From Bryobacteraceae bacterium (GTDB lineage: Bacteria; Acidobacteriota; Terriglobia; Bryobacterales; Bryobacteraceae), in NCBI GenBank assembly GCA_965246775.1, contig CBDFFL010000005.1, forward strand, positions 30,947 through 94,946: a DNA stretch of 64,000 nucleotides, given 5' to 3'. The position numbers and the translations under genes are program-made. The notes below the pieces were generated by a model. The model was not told the origin of the DNA, made no database searches, and was given only the letters and a program-made list of their open reading frames with translations. Shown one piece after another: positions 36,867 to 46,671 of this stretch; the first letter of the stretch is position 1, and each line of letters begins with the position of its first letter.

Positions 36867-37499
36867 CTACGGCTTGCAGGTCACCGTGTTGCCCGTGGTC
36901 TGCGGATTCAGGCACAGCGGACCCAGCTTGCTCGCCGTCGGCACGCTCATCATCGCCATCGGACCCGCCTTGTGCTGCCCGTTGAAAGGCGTCGGCTTCG
37001 TCACGTCGAAACCGCAAGCGGCGGCGTCCTGCGGATCGTCGAACCACAGGCCCACATGAAACGTGTTCGTCGGCGGCAGCAGATGCGTCGGATCGAAGCC
37101 GAAAATCTGATCCAGAAGAATGGTCTGAATCGTCGCTGAAGACTTGCCCTGCGCGGAAACCTGCACGTCGGATTGATACCAGGCCAGCCCGAAGAAGCCC
37201 AAAAAGTTCGGATCCTTCGTACCATCCTGCTGGAAGAAGCTGTTCTGCACCGTGAACAGATCCAGGCCGATACTTGGCTTCAAATTTTCCGTCGACACAA
37301 TCAGCGTATCGTTCAGCTTGCCGCGCACAACGGTAACATGGGCGCTCGGCGCGCTCAATGAGCCGGGGTTAGACAAGCAAGCCTTAAACGCCGGGTTCGG
37401 CACTAATGTGAATGTAACTCTGTCGCCTTCCGCCGCTGCCATCCTGCCAACGGTGAATGCAAATAATGCAAGCGTACTAACTCCAGTTAACCGGTTCAT
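36867..37499 (-). CDS. secreted hypothetical protein
   Basis: AAGGAG lies 6 nt upstream of the ATG at 37499. Signal peptide MNRLTGVSTLALFAFTVGRMAAA. No family recognised. Confidence 0.6.
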   Translation of the reverse strand: MNRLTGVSTLALFAFTVGRMAAAEGDRVTFTLVPNPAFKACLSNPGSLSAPSAHVTVVRGKLNDTLIVSTENLKPSIGLDLFTVQNSFFQQDGTKDPNFLGFFGLAWYQSDVQVSAQGKSSATIQTILLDQIFGFDPTHLLPPTNTFHVGLWFDDPQDAAACGFDVTKPTPFNGQHKAGPMAMMSVPTASKLGPLCLNPQTTGNTVTCKP

Positions 37500-37629
37500 A
37501 ACTTCTCCTTTGTGGATGAAGGCTTCATGCCTTCCATCAGGTTCAAGCTTAGGTTTCAATCACTCGGGAGTCGTTACCGGCACGTAAGACAAATGTAAAA
37601 GAGTTGTCCCTCGCGTACAATCACCGGAT

Positions 37630-39117
37630 ATGCCCACGCGCCGCGCCTTCCTTCTCTCCTCTGCCGCAGCCGCCCTTGCCCACGCCCAAGCTCCATCCGA
37701 AGAGCTCGCCGCCCTCACCCTCGCCGAAGCGTCACGGCGCATTCATAACCATTCCGTCACCTCCGTCGCCCTCACCGAAGCTTGCCTCGCCCGCATCGGA
37801 ACGTACAATCCGCTCGTCAACGCCTTCATCACCGTGCTCCGCGAACAAGCGCTCGCGCAGGCCCGCCTGCTTGACGCCGAAGCCAAGGCAGGCAAGTTCC
37901 GCAGCCCTCTCCACGGCATTCCCCTTGCCCTCAAAGACAATATCGATACCGCCGGCATCCGCACCACCGCGGCCAGCGCCGTCTTCGACGATCGCGTTCC
38001 CACCGAAGATGCCGAAGTCACCCGCCGCCTCAAGAATGCCGGCGCCGTATTCGTCGGCAAAGCCAACCTGCATGAGTTCGCCATGGGCGGCACCAGCGCC
38101 ACCAGTTACTATGGTCCCGTCCGCAATCCCTGGGCGCTGGCACGTAACCCAGGTGGCTCGTCCGGTGGTTCCGCCGCCGCCGTTGCAACCGATTGCTGCT
38201 TCGGTGCGCTCGGTACCGATACCGGCGGCTCCATCCGCACACCCGCGTCTTTCTGTTCGGTGGTTGGCCTCAAGCCCACTTACGGTCTGGTATCTATTCG
38301 CGGTATCATTCCCCTCACTTACTCGCTCGATCATTGCGGCCCACTTACTCGTACCGTGGAAGATGCCGCCATGTTACTCAATCAACTAACCGGTTACGAC
38401 CGGCTCGATATTGCCAGCGTCGAACACAACCGCGAAGATTACGTGGCGCTCTCCAAGCAGCCGGTCAAAAACTTCCGCATCGGCGTCCTGCGCGCGCCCT
38501 TCTTCGATTTGCTCGATCCCGACGTGGCCTCCACCATCGAAACCGCCATCGCGCACGTGGCCACCCTCTCTAAATCCGTCCACGATGCCACGCTGCCTTC
38601 CACGCGCGGCATTACGCTCCAAGGCGAATCTTACGCCTACCATGAGGACTACATCACAAGCAGCCCCACCCGCTACATGCTTCCCACGCGCCACGCCCTC
38701 CAAACCGGCGCGAACGCCAAAGCCTCCGATTATGTCCGCGCCCGCTGGAAGCTCGATCTCCTCCGCCGCACCATTGACGACGCCTTCACCGATTTCGACC
38801 TCGTCATACTCCCCACCCGCCGCCACACGCCCCGCACCGTCAACGCCAGCATCAAGCGCGAAGAGACCGATAAGCCGCGTAACCCCGAACTCGAAAACAC
38901 CGGCCAGTTCAACGTGTATGGCATTCCCGCCATCAGCATCCCCTGCGGCTTCAATCATGAAGGTCTCCCCATCGGCCTCATGATCGCCGGCCCGCGCTTC
39001 AGCGAAGGCAAAATCCTCGCGCTCGCCCGGGCTTATGAACAATCCACGTCGTGGCATACCAAAGCGCCGCCCATCACTCCCCAATCGCCCGTTCCCGCTC
39101 TCGAAACGGAAGCATAG
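37630..39117 (+). CDS. amidase-signature family amidase with a Tat-like signal
   Basis: MPTRRAFLLSSAAAALAHA. The amidase signature is present (GGSSGGSAAAVA..., GTDTGGSIRTPASFC) along with a GatA-like fold. Confidence 0.85.
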   Translation: MPTRRAFLLSSAAAALAHAQAPSEELAALTLAEASRRIHNHSVTSVALTEACLARIGTYNPLVNAFITVLREQALAQARLLDAEAKAGKFRSPLHGIPLALKDNIDTAGIRTTAASAVFDDRVPTEDAEVTRRLKNAGAVFVGKANLHEFAMGGTSATSYYGPVRNPWALARNPGGSSGGSAAAVATDCCFGALGTDTGGSIRTPASFCSVVGLKPTYGLVSIRGIIPLTYSLDHCGPLTRTVEDAAMLLNQLTGYDRLDIASVEHNREDYVALSKQPVKNFRIGVLRAPFFDLLDPDVASTIETAIAHVATLSKSVHDATLPSTRGITLQGESYAYHEDYITSSPTRYMLPTRHALQTGANAKASDYVRARWKLDLLRRTIDDAFTDFDLVILPTRRHTPRTVNASIKREETDKPRNPELENTGQFNVYGIPAISIPCGFNHEGLPIGLMIAGPRFSEGKILALARAYEQSTSWHTKAPPITPQSPVPALETEA

Positions 39118-39135
39118 AATGGTCCAGGTAAACTC

Positions 39136-40848
39136 ATGAGAATCGCCTCGCTGCTCCTGCTTGCCGCCCCCCTGCTGGCCCAACAGACTTACACACTCGG
39201 CCCGGATTCCCAACCCAAAGACGTGCCCCACGGCAAGACCACCAAGTACACCTTCACGCAATCCAAAATCTTCCCCGGCACCACGCGCGATTACTGGGTC
39301 TACATCCCCGCCCAATACAACCCTGCCACCCACGCGCCCCTCATGGTCTTCTTCGATGGCGGCGGCTTTGCCAATGAAACCGGCGGCTATCGCGTCCCCG
39401 TAGTCTTCGATAACCTCATCGCCGCCAAAGACATGCCGCCCACCGTCGCCGTCATGGTCAACCCCGGCGTGCTGCCCGCGCTCAACCCCACACAGCAGAA
39501 CCGTTACAACCGCGCTTACGAATACGATGCCCTCGGCGATCGCAATGCCCGCTTCCTTATCGATGAGCTATTGCCCGAAGTGCAAAAACTGGTCAACCTC
39601 AGCGCCGACCCCAATGACCGCGCCATCGGCGGCTCCAGTTCCGGAGGCATCGCCGCCTTCACCGCCGCCTGGAATCGCCCCGATTCTTTCCACCGCGTCC
39701 TCAGCTTCGTCGGCAGCTACACTGACCTTAAAGGCGGCGAAATCTACGACAGCCTCATCCGCAAAATGGAGCCCCTGCCCCTCCGCATCTTTCTCCAGGA
39801 CGGCGAGCGCGATCAAAGCATTTATTCCGGCAACTGGTATCTGGCGAACCAGTCTCTTTACTCCGCGCTCCAGTTCGCCGGCTATGAAGCGAACTTCGTC
39901 GTAGGCACAGAAGGCCACAATGGCAAGCACGGTGGAGCCATCCTGCCCGACGCGCTCCGCTGGCTCTGGAAAGGCTTTCCCGCGCCCATCGCGAAGTCTT
40001 ATTCAACAGCCGGCAACCGCCACTACATCAGTGAAATTCTCGATCCCGCCAGCGAGTGGAAAGAGGTCAGCCACGGCCATCAATTCACCGAAGGCCCCGC
40101 CACGGATAAAAATGGCGACCTCTATTTCGCCGATACGCGCGCCGGCATCTATCGCATTGGAGAAACCTTCCTCGCGCAAGCCCACCACACCAGCGGCCTC
40201 ATGTTCGGCCCCGATGGCAAGCTCTATGCCGCCGAGCAGGATGGCAAGCGCATTGTCGCCTACGACCCCCAAAACAGCGCCTCCGAAACCGTCATCACCG
40301 AAGGCATCGTCCCCAACGACCTCTGCGTCTCAAGCAAGGGCGATATCTATTTCACAGAGCCTTCCACCCACCGCGTCTATCACGTCCGCAACGGCAAGCG
40401 GACCATGGTCTACGAAGGCATCACCTTCCCGAACGGCGTTCGCCTGTCCCCCGATGAATCGCTGCTCGTCGTGGCCGATAGCCAAACCAGAACCGTCTGG
40501 TCGTTCCAGGTGCAGCCCGATGGCACGCTCGCGAACGGCCAGCCCTTCTACCGCCTCAACCTGCCCGATGAAGGCGCCATGCGAGCCAACGCCGACGGCA
40601 TGACCTTCGACGATCAAGGCTTCCTCTATGTGGCCACCAACACCGGCATCCAAATCTGCGACCAGCCCGGGCGTGTAGTCGCCATCATCGCGAAACCCAG
40701 CACCGCCACGCCCTCGAACGTCGCCATCGGAGGCCCCGGCATGCAAACCCTCTACGTCACTGCCGGCGACAAAGTCTTCGCCCGCCACCTGCGTAGAAAA
40801 GGTTTCCACCCCTGGCAGCCCGTCAAGCCGCCGATGCCGCAGTTATAA
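39136..40848 (+). CDS. fusion of a putative-esterase domain (paralogue of 35401..36453) with an SMP-30/gluconolactonase/LRE-like beta-propeller
   Basis: The N-terminal half has DYWVYIPAQYN...LMVFFDGGGF and IGGSSSGGIAAF. The C-terminal half has FTEGPATDKNGDLYFAD, PNDLCVSSKGDIYFTE, FPNGVRLSPDE and ADGMTFDDQGFLYVA, which are SMP-30-like repeats. Confidence 0.75.
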   Translation: MRIASLLLLAAPLLAQQTYTLGPDSQPKDVPHGKTTKYTFTQSKIFPGTTRDYWVYIPAQYNPATHAPLMVFFDGGGFANETGGYRVPVVFDNLIAAKDMPPTVAVMVNPGVLPALNPTQQNRYNRAYEYDALGDRNARFLIDELLPEVQKLVNLSADPNDRAIGGSSSGGIAAFTAAWNRPDSFHRVLSFVGSYTDLKGGEIYDSLIRKMEPLPLRIFLQDGERDQSIYSGNWYLANQSLYSALQFAGYEANFVVGTEGHNGKHGGAILPDALRWLWKGFPAPIAKSYSTAGNRHYISEILDPASEWKEVSHGHQFTEGPATDKNGDLYFADTRAGIYRIGETFLAQAHHTSGLMFGPDGKLYAAEQDGKRIVAYDPQNSASETVITEGIVPNDLCVSSKGDIYFTEPSTHRVYHVRNGKRTMVYEGITFPNGVRLSPDESLLVVADSQTRTVWSFQVQPDGTLANGQPFYRLNLPDEGAMRANADGMTFDDQGFLYVATNTGIQICDQPGRVVAIIAKPSTATPSNVAIGGPGMQTLYVTAGDKVFARHLRRKGFHPWQPVKPPMPQL

Positions 40849-41039
40849 GATGGGCAGCTTTCACACGTCACCCCCCGGGCCTCTATCGCCTAGGCTGTTA
40901 CCTCTGCCAACGAATGTTCGTCGTCCGCTGTCAACATAATAGGGAAATTTCAATCATGATAAAGGGACGTGATTCCCTTTCAAGTTTCGTCGCGTGCATC
41001 CTCTTCGCGTCGTGTGCATGTCACGCTTCCCGCTCATGA

Positions 41040-41440
41040 TCGTGGTAGATCAAACTGCGAGAGAAGGTTTCGCCGGCAGGGCCCCAATCTGGTCCGAAAA
41101 CTCGGCGGGCGAACTGAGCCAGACCCGAATCTGTAGGAAGGTGCGTCGGGTCGGCACAGGTGTCGTCACCAGGGGCCGTGCCACAGCATCTTCAAGCAAG
41201 CGGGCCGCGAGCGCCTCAACGGCGACGCCGCGCGCTTTCGGTTTGACGGGGCTAGTTCGTGCTGGACTTCCGGCAAAGTTGCCGCCCCGAAGGCGATGGC
41301 TTAGCCCTTAGGAGGGCCAACACTGCTCGCTTGTGCTCAAGCTAATCCCTAAAAACAAAGCCGGTGAGACGTAAAATTTAGCCGCCAACTTCTTGATGTG
41401 CAACAGTCTCCCTTTCCTCATAAGATAAGGCAAAATTAGC
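41040..41440 (-). pseudogene. possible heavily degraded LysR-type regulator relic divergent from the cupin gene
   Basis: Minus-strand fragments in different frames resemble parts of a LysR regulator. LAAKFYVSPALF.. resembles the HTH 'VSQPALS'. AIAFGAATLPEVQHELA and PLVTTPVPTRRTFLQIRVWLSSPAEFSDQI resemble the C-terminal substrate-binding domain. The total length is far too short and the frames are broken. Confidence 0.25.
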
Positions 41441-41513
41441 GTTTTGCGAAGTCTTTCGATGGGGAATCTGCATCGTTGCCTGGCAAACGAATCAAGGACA
41501 CAATAGAAAGAAA

Positions 41514-41918
41514 GTGGAAATCAAAAAAGCAGGCACCCAACCCTCATCAAACGGCCCCTCCGATTGGTTCACCGGCGCGGTCCGCATCGATCCCCTCTTC
41601 CAAGCCCCAGACCCCGCCTTCGTCCAAGCCGCCAGCGTCACCTTTGAGCCTGGCGCCCGCACCGCATGGCACACCCATCCCCTTGGCCAAACCCTCATCG
41701 TCACCGCCGGCCTCGGCTGGGCACAGCACGAAGGCGGGCCCATCGAAGAAATTCGCCCCGGCGACGTCGTCTGGTTCCCACCGGGCGAAAAGCACTGGCA
41801 CGGCGCCACGCCCAGCACTGCCCTCACGCACATTGCCATCCAGGAAAGACTTAATGGCAAAGTTGTCGATTGGCTGGAACACGTGACGGAAGACCACTAC
41901 CAACGCCCCAAGCCGTGA
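41514..41918 (+). CDS. cupin-domain protein
   Basis: 134 aa with a GTG start. [25 protein letters not shown]...[16 protein letters not shown] matches the two cupin motifs G(x)5HxH...G and G(x)5PxG...H. Confidence 0.8.
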   Translation: MEIKKAGTQPSSNGPSDWFTGAVRIDPLFQAPDPAFVQAASVTFEPGARTAWHTHPLGQTLIVTAGLGWAQHEGGPIEEIRPGDVVWFPPGEKHWHGATPSTALTHIAIQERLNGKVVDWLEHVTEDHYQRPKP

Positions 41919-41958
41919 TAGCTTGAAAGCCTGATCGCTCGAAAACTTAAGGACCTAC

Positions 41959-42489
41959 ATGCGAAACACTTCGTGCCTGCTTCTGCTGTTCACCGTTGCG
42001 CTCTCCGCGCAAACTCCGCCCTCTCCCTCCACCACGCTCAAGGTTGGCGATATGGCGCCAGATTTCATCCTTCCCGCCACCGACGGCAAAAAGGTCACCC
42101 TCTCTGAATTTCGCGGTAAGAAGAATGTTGTACTGGCATTCTTCCCCGCCGCTTTCACCGGTGGTTGAACTAAGGAAATGACGGCGTACCAGGCTGGTCA
42201 CGCTAAATTCGATGAAAGCGACACCGCTATGTTCGGTGTTAGTACAGATAACTCCCCGTCCCAGAAAGTTTTTGCCGAACAACTCAAGCTTACCTTCCCC
42301 CTCCTCAGCGATTTTGCCGATCGCAAAGTAGTCACCGATTACGGTATCCTCATCCCCAACCGCGGAATGGCCTACCGGGTGACTTTCGTCATCGATAAAG
42401 ACGGAAAAATCGACTACATGGAGAAGGATAAGTTGGATCCCGAAGGCTCCGGCGCCGCGTGCAGCCGCTTGGCGCACAAAAAGCAGTAA
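41959..42489 (+). CDS. secreted peroxiredoxin (AhpC/TSA-Bcp-like) with in-frame TGA at the peroxidatic-Cys position: candidate selenoprotein (alternatively a nonsense pseudogene)
   Basis: ORFs 41959..42168 and 42178..42489 are in the same frame, separated only by TGA 42166-42168. The joined product reads ...[17 protein letters not shown][TGA]TKEMTAYQ...[28 protein letters not shown]...[11 protein letters not shown]. The TGA falls where the Prx motif FxPxxFTxxCxxE has its catalytic Cys. Signal peptide at the N-terminus. Confidence 0.6.
42183..42204 (+). promoter_or_regulatory. candidate bacterial SECIS hairpin downstream of the in-frame UGA
   Basis: GGCGUACC-AGGCU-GGU(C)ACGCU forms 8 bp with one bulge and a 5-nt apical loop with G at its second position. 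The loop begins 22 nt after the UGA, within the commonly described spacing for bacterial SECIS elements. Confidence 0.4.
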
Positions 42490-42516
42490 GTCGCCCGTTC
42501 TCCACCGGCGGGCTAC

Positions 42517-43812
42517 TTACTTACCCACGTAAGTAACCCGCCAGATCGATTTAGACCCGTCATCTGTCACCATCAGCGATCCGTCCGCCGCCGTCGCCAC
42601 ACCCACCGGACGCCCCCACACATCGCCGCTCTCAGTCACGAAGCCGGTCAAAAAATCCTCATACTCCCCAGTCGCATGACCCTTCACCAGCGGCACCCGC
42701 ACCACTTCATACCCGGCCCGCACCGCCTTATTCCAGGAACCGTGCTCCGCCGCGAAAATATCCCCCGCATACTCCGCCGGAAATTGCTTCCCGTCATAAA
42801 AGGTCATCTGTAGCGAGGCATTGTGCGGCTGCAGCAAAACATCCGGCACAATCACATGTCCTTTCAACTCCGGCCGCGTGCCTTCCAGCCTCGGGTCCTG
42901 GTTGCTCCCCATGTAATACCACGGCCATCCATACACGCCGCCTTCCTGCACATGAGTAATATAATCGGGCACAAGATTGTCACCCAACATATCCCGCTCA
43001 TTCACCGAACACCATAACTCATTAGTAAGTGAGTTGATCGCAATCCCCACAGGATTCCGAATCCCCGAAGCATATACCTTTACGAACTTACCCTCTGGTG
43101 TATACTCCAGTATGTTCGCCCGCAACTTTTCCGTCGAATGCGTATCCGGGTCATCCACATTGGATCGCGAACCAACCGCCACAAAAAGACGCTTCCCATC
43201 TTGCGAAAAAACCACATCGCGAGTCGAATGTCCGCCTGTCGGAATATCTGGAACCACCACCTGCGGGCTGCCCGTTGCCTTCAAATCGCCATTTTTATAA
43301 GTCACCCGCACGACAGCGTTTGTGTTCCCGATGTAAATCCACTTCGGCTCCGGCCCCGGCGGATAAAACGCCATCCCGAACGGCCCCCGCAGCCCGCCGA
43401 TAAAAGTGGATGTCTGCTCCGGCTTGCCATCTTTTGTAATGCCCCGGAAAATCTTCAGTTCCCCGGAGTGTGTCTCCGCCACGAACAGATCCCCGTTCGG
43501 AGCCCGCTGAATTGCGCGCGGATAATTCAGCTTCTCCGCATAGCGCTCCACCTTGAACCCCGGCGGAGCCTTCGGCCACGCCTCAGCCGGTTTCGCCACC
43601 ACGGAAGGCCCGTTCGAAACGCCCTTCGTGGCAAATGGCTTTGGCAGCGCGTCGGCCGTAATCTTCCGGAACACCCCCGGCTGCACGCTGTGATAATCGG
43701 CAAACGCGCTCTCACCTGTCAGCACCTTGGCGTCGGTTTTCCCCGCCCCGGGGCTCAAGCCCGCCATCGAAATCGTAAGCCATACAAGCCGCATTCGCAT
43801 ATCGCTGTTCAC
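42517..43812 (-). CDS. PQQ-dependent sugar dehydrogenase (soluble glucose/sorbosone dehydrogenase family)
   Basis: 431 aa with a signal peptide. APNGDLFVAETHSGELKIF, GGHSTRDVVFSQDGKRLFV and GVYGWPWYY match the six-bladed sGDH-like propeller. Confidence 0.8.
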   Translation of the reverse strand: MNSDMRMRLVWLTISMAGLSPGAGKTDAKVLTGESAFADYHSVQPGVFRKITADALPKPFATKGVSNGPSVVAKPAEAWPKAPPGFKVERYAEKLNYPRAIQRAPNGDLFVAETHSGELKIFRGITKDGKPEQTSTFIGGLRGPFGMAFYPPGPEPKWIYIGNTNAVVRVTYKNGDLKATGSPQVVVPDIPTGGHSTRDVVFSQDGKRLFVAVGSRSNVDDPDTHSTEKLRANILEYTPEGKFVKVYASGIRNPVGIAINSLTNELWCSVNERDMLGDNLVPDYITHVQEGGVYGWPWYYMGSNQDPRLEGTRPELKGHVIVPDVLLQPHNASLQMTFYDGKQFPAEYAGDIFAAEHGSWNKAVRAGYEVVRVPLVKGHATGEYEDFLTGFVTESGDVWGRPVGVATAADGSLMVTDDGSKSIWRVTYVGK

Positions 43813-43904
43813 TTTCTTGAGTGTAGGCCAGCCCCCCCAAACTTTTTAGAGAGTATTTTTTCCCCCTCCCACTCCAAATCCAGGACGCCCGCAAAAATCC
43901 CCTG

Positions 43905-46658
43905 ATGATTGGAATCGCTAAAACTCTGAAGCTCAGCTTTGCCGTTGGGGCTCTCCTGCTCTTTTGTTCCTCGCTGCTCACCATCTATAACGCCAATCGC
44001 TGGTCGTCCGAAGGCCTTGCCGTAGCCCAGGCCCGCGCCGCTCTCTCGCAACTGCAAGAGCTCCAGGCCGGCCTCATCGACGCCGAATCCAGTCAGCGCG
44101 CTTACCTGCTCACGCATAGCCCCGCCTACCTCTCCCAATACGAAGCCACCCTTTCCCAATCGCGCGCTAGTCTCGCCAACCTGCCTGCCCACCTGCTCTC
44201 CAGCTCGCCCGGCCTCAAGCTTCACACTGCTGAAAAGATGGCGGAACTCTCCGAAATCGTGGCTTTGGCCCGCGCCAATCGCTTCGCCGCCGCGCTCGCC
44301 ATTGTCGAAACCGGCAGAGGCCAGGCTCTCACCGGCCGGTTTCGTCAGGCCGTCGCCGCGGCTAAAGCCGTCGAATCGCGCGAACTCGCCAAAAGCCAGC
44401 AACAGCTCCGCGCCACCCGCTCAGCCGCCTCCTTCGCCGCCATCTCCGGTTCCATCCTCGCCTTCGTCGCGCTCGTCTTCGCCGGTTGGCGCAGTCATTA
44501 CGATCTGGTCCGTCGCCAGGGCGCCGAACGCTCGCTCGGCCTGCTCGAACGCCGCTTCGATGCCTTCATGCACTTCAACCCCTGCCTGGCCTTTATCAAG
44601 GATTCGCAAGGCCGCATGATCTTCGTCAACGCCGCCGTCGAAAAAGCCTTCGACATCCGCTTCGCCGATTGGCAGGGCCGCGACGATTTTAGTATCTGGC
44701 CGCGCCACGTCGCCGAAGCCCTCCGCGCCACTGACCTCAAAGTCCTCGCCGGCAATTCCACTCTCGAAGTCATCGAAACCGTCCCCCGTCCGGATGGCAC
44801 CGCCCGCGAATTCTTAAGCGTCAAATTTCCTTTCTCTGTCCCCGGCTCAGAGCGCTTCCTCGGCGGCATCGCCTTCGACATTACAGATCGCCGTGCGGCC
44901 GAAGTGGCTCTCCAGCAAAGCGAAACTTTCAATCGCGGCATCCTCGAAAGCAGCCAGGATTGCATCAAGATCCTATCCCTCCAGGGCGAGCTGCTCTTCA
45001 TGAACACGGGCGGCCAAAAGCAACTCGGCATCTGCAATTTCGATCCCCTCCTCAATGCCTGTTGGCTCGATTTCTGGAAAGGAGAACATCGGGCCGAGGC
45101 CACGAAGGCAATGGCCGCTGCCGCAAGCGGTCAGATCGGCCGTTTTGAAGGCTTCTGCCCCACCTTCACCGGTCAGTCCAGGTGGTGGCACGTCGTTATC
45201 TCACCTATCCTCGATAGTGCCGGTAACCCCGAACGCCTGCTCTGCATTTCTCGCGATATCACCGAACTTAAACTCGCCGAAAAAAAGGTTGCCGAATCCG
45301 AAGCCCGTTACCGCGAACTCTTCGATCGCAACCCGCTCCCCGCCTGGATTTATTCCACCGACACCTTTCGCTTTCTGGACGTCAACCAGACCGCCGCCGA
45401 CCATTACGGCTATTCGCACGCCGAACTGCTCAGCCTCGGCATTAACGACATCCGCGTTCCCGATCAGATGCAAAGCATTGAAGACGATCTGGTCGACGCC
45501 ATTGCCACTAATCGCCGCTCCGGTCCCTGGCTTCATCGCCGGAAAGATGGCTCCCTCGTCACCGTCGAAATTACGTGCCACCCAGTCGATTGGCTTGACC
45601 GTCCCGCACGCCTGATAATGGTGCACGACGTCTCCGAACGAGTCGCGTCCGAAACCAGATTCCGCCTGCTCTTCGAAGAATCCACGGACGCGCGCTTCCT
45701 CCTGGACGAACGCGGCATCTTCGATTGCAACCATGCCGCCGTCCGCATACTCGGCGTCCCGGATAAGGACAGCCTCTTCGGCCTTCACCCCGGCTTCGAT
45801 TTCTCCCCCGCCTTCCAACCTTGCGGACGCTCTTCGGCTGACCTCGTCGCCGAATACAACGCCCGTCTCGATTGCGAAGCGTGCGTCCGTTTCGATTGGC
45901 TTATCCATCGCGCCGATGGCTCTCCGCTCCCCGTCGAAGTCGCGCTCTCCCGCGTCCAGGTCAACGGACACACCTTCCGTATCTCCACCTGGAATGACCT
46001 CACCGAACGAAGCCGCGCCGCCGATCACGTCCGCGCCTCGCTCGTCGAAAAAGAAGTTCTCCTGCGCGAAATCCATCACCGCGTCAAAAACAATCTCCAG
46101 GTCATCTGCAGCCTGCTCTCCATGCAGTCCCAAACCATCTCGCATCCCGGCACCCTGGAAGTCCTGCGCGAAAGTCAGGACCGGGTCCAGTCCATGGCCA
46201 TGATCCACGAACTGCTCTACAGTTCCGCCTCCCTGAGCGATATCGATTTTGCCGATTACGCCGGTCTCCTCGCCGCCGAACTCAGCAGTTCCCTCGGCCT
46301 GAATCGCGCTCGCGTACATCTCGTCCTGCAAGTTCAACCCATTCGCTTTTCTCTCGATCAAGCCGTTCCCTGCGGACTCATTCTCAATGAGCTCGTCTCC
46401 AACGCCTTCAAGTATGCTTATCCGAGTCCCGCCCAGGGAGAGATTCGCATCGGCCTTCATCAGGACGAAGCCCTGAACATCCACCTCTCCGTCACCGATG
46501 ACGGCGCCGGTCTCCCCGCCGGCTTCAATTTGGCGGAGTCCCGTTCCCTCGGCCTCCGAATCGTCAACATCCTTGCCCGCCAGCTTGGCGGCTCCATGAA
46601 CGTGTTCTCGGAACGCGGCTCCGCGTTCGAAGTAGTCTTCCCGGCACTAATCTCTTAA
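43905..46658 (+). CDS. sensor histidine kinase: CHASE3 + TM + multiple PAS + HisKA_2/HATPase
   Basis: The N-terminal CHASE3-like region reads ...AQARAALSQLQELQAGLIDAESSQRAYLLT. Several PAS modules follow, then the HisKA_2 H-box EIHHRVKNNLQVICSLLSMQ, then the ATPase (NELVSNAFKYA...VTDDGAGLP). Confidence 0.85.
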   Translation: MIGIAKTLKLSFAVGALLLFCSSLLTIYNANRWSSEGLAVAQARAALSQLQELQAGLIDAESSQRAYLLTHSPAYLSQYEATLSQSRASLANLPAHLLSSSPGLKLHTAEKMAELSEIVALARANRFAAALAIVETGRGQALTGRFRQAVAAAKAVESRELAKSQQQLRATRSAASFAAISGSILAFVALVFAGWRSHYDLVRRQGAERSLGLLERRFDAFMHFNPCLAFIKDSQGRMIFVNAAVEKAFDIRFADWQGRDDFSIWPRHVAEALRATDLKVLAGNSTLEVIETVPRPDGTAREFLSVKFPFSVPGSERFLGGIAFDITDRRAAEVALQQSETFNRGILESSQDCIKILSLQGELLFMNTGGQKQLGICNFDPLLNACWLDFWKGEHRAEATKAMAAAASGQIGRFEGFCPTFTGQSRWWHVVISPILDSAGNPERLLCISRDITELKLAEKKVAESEARYRELFDRNPLPAWIYSTDTFRFLDVNQTAADHYGYSHAELLSLGINDIRVPDQMQSIEDDLVDAIATNRRSGPWLHRRKDGSLVTVEITCHPVDWLDRPARLIMVHDVSERVASETRFRLLFEESTDARFLLDERGIFDCNHAAVRILGVPDKDSLFGLHPGFDFSPAFQPCGRSSADLVAEYNARLDCEACVRFDWLIHRADGSPLPVEVALSRVQVNGHTFRISTWNDLTERSRAADHVRASLVEKEVLLREIHHRVKNNLQVICSLLSMQSQTISHPGTLEVLRESQDRVQSMAMIHELLYSSASLSDIDFADYAGLLAAELSSSLGLNRARVHLVLQVQPIRFSLDQAVPCGLILNELVSNAFKYAYPSPAQGEIRIGLHQDEALNIHLSVTDDGAGLPAGFNLAESRSLGLRIVNILARQLGGSMNVFSERGSAFEVVFPALIS

Positions 46659-46671
46659 GGTCTCAATCGAA

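Noticed and set aside
40994-41311. 105-aa plus-strand ORF in the gap before the cupin gene
   Set aside because: The translation is Arg/Ala/Gly-rich and non-protein-like. The opposite strand carries the LysR-like fragments instead.
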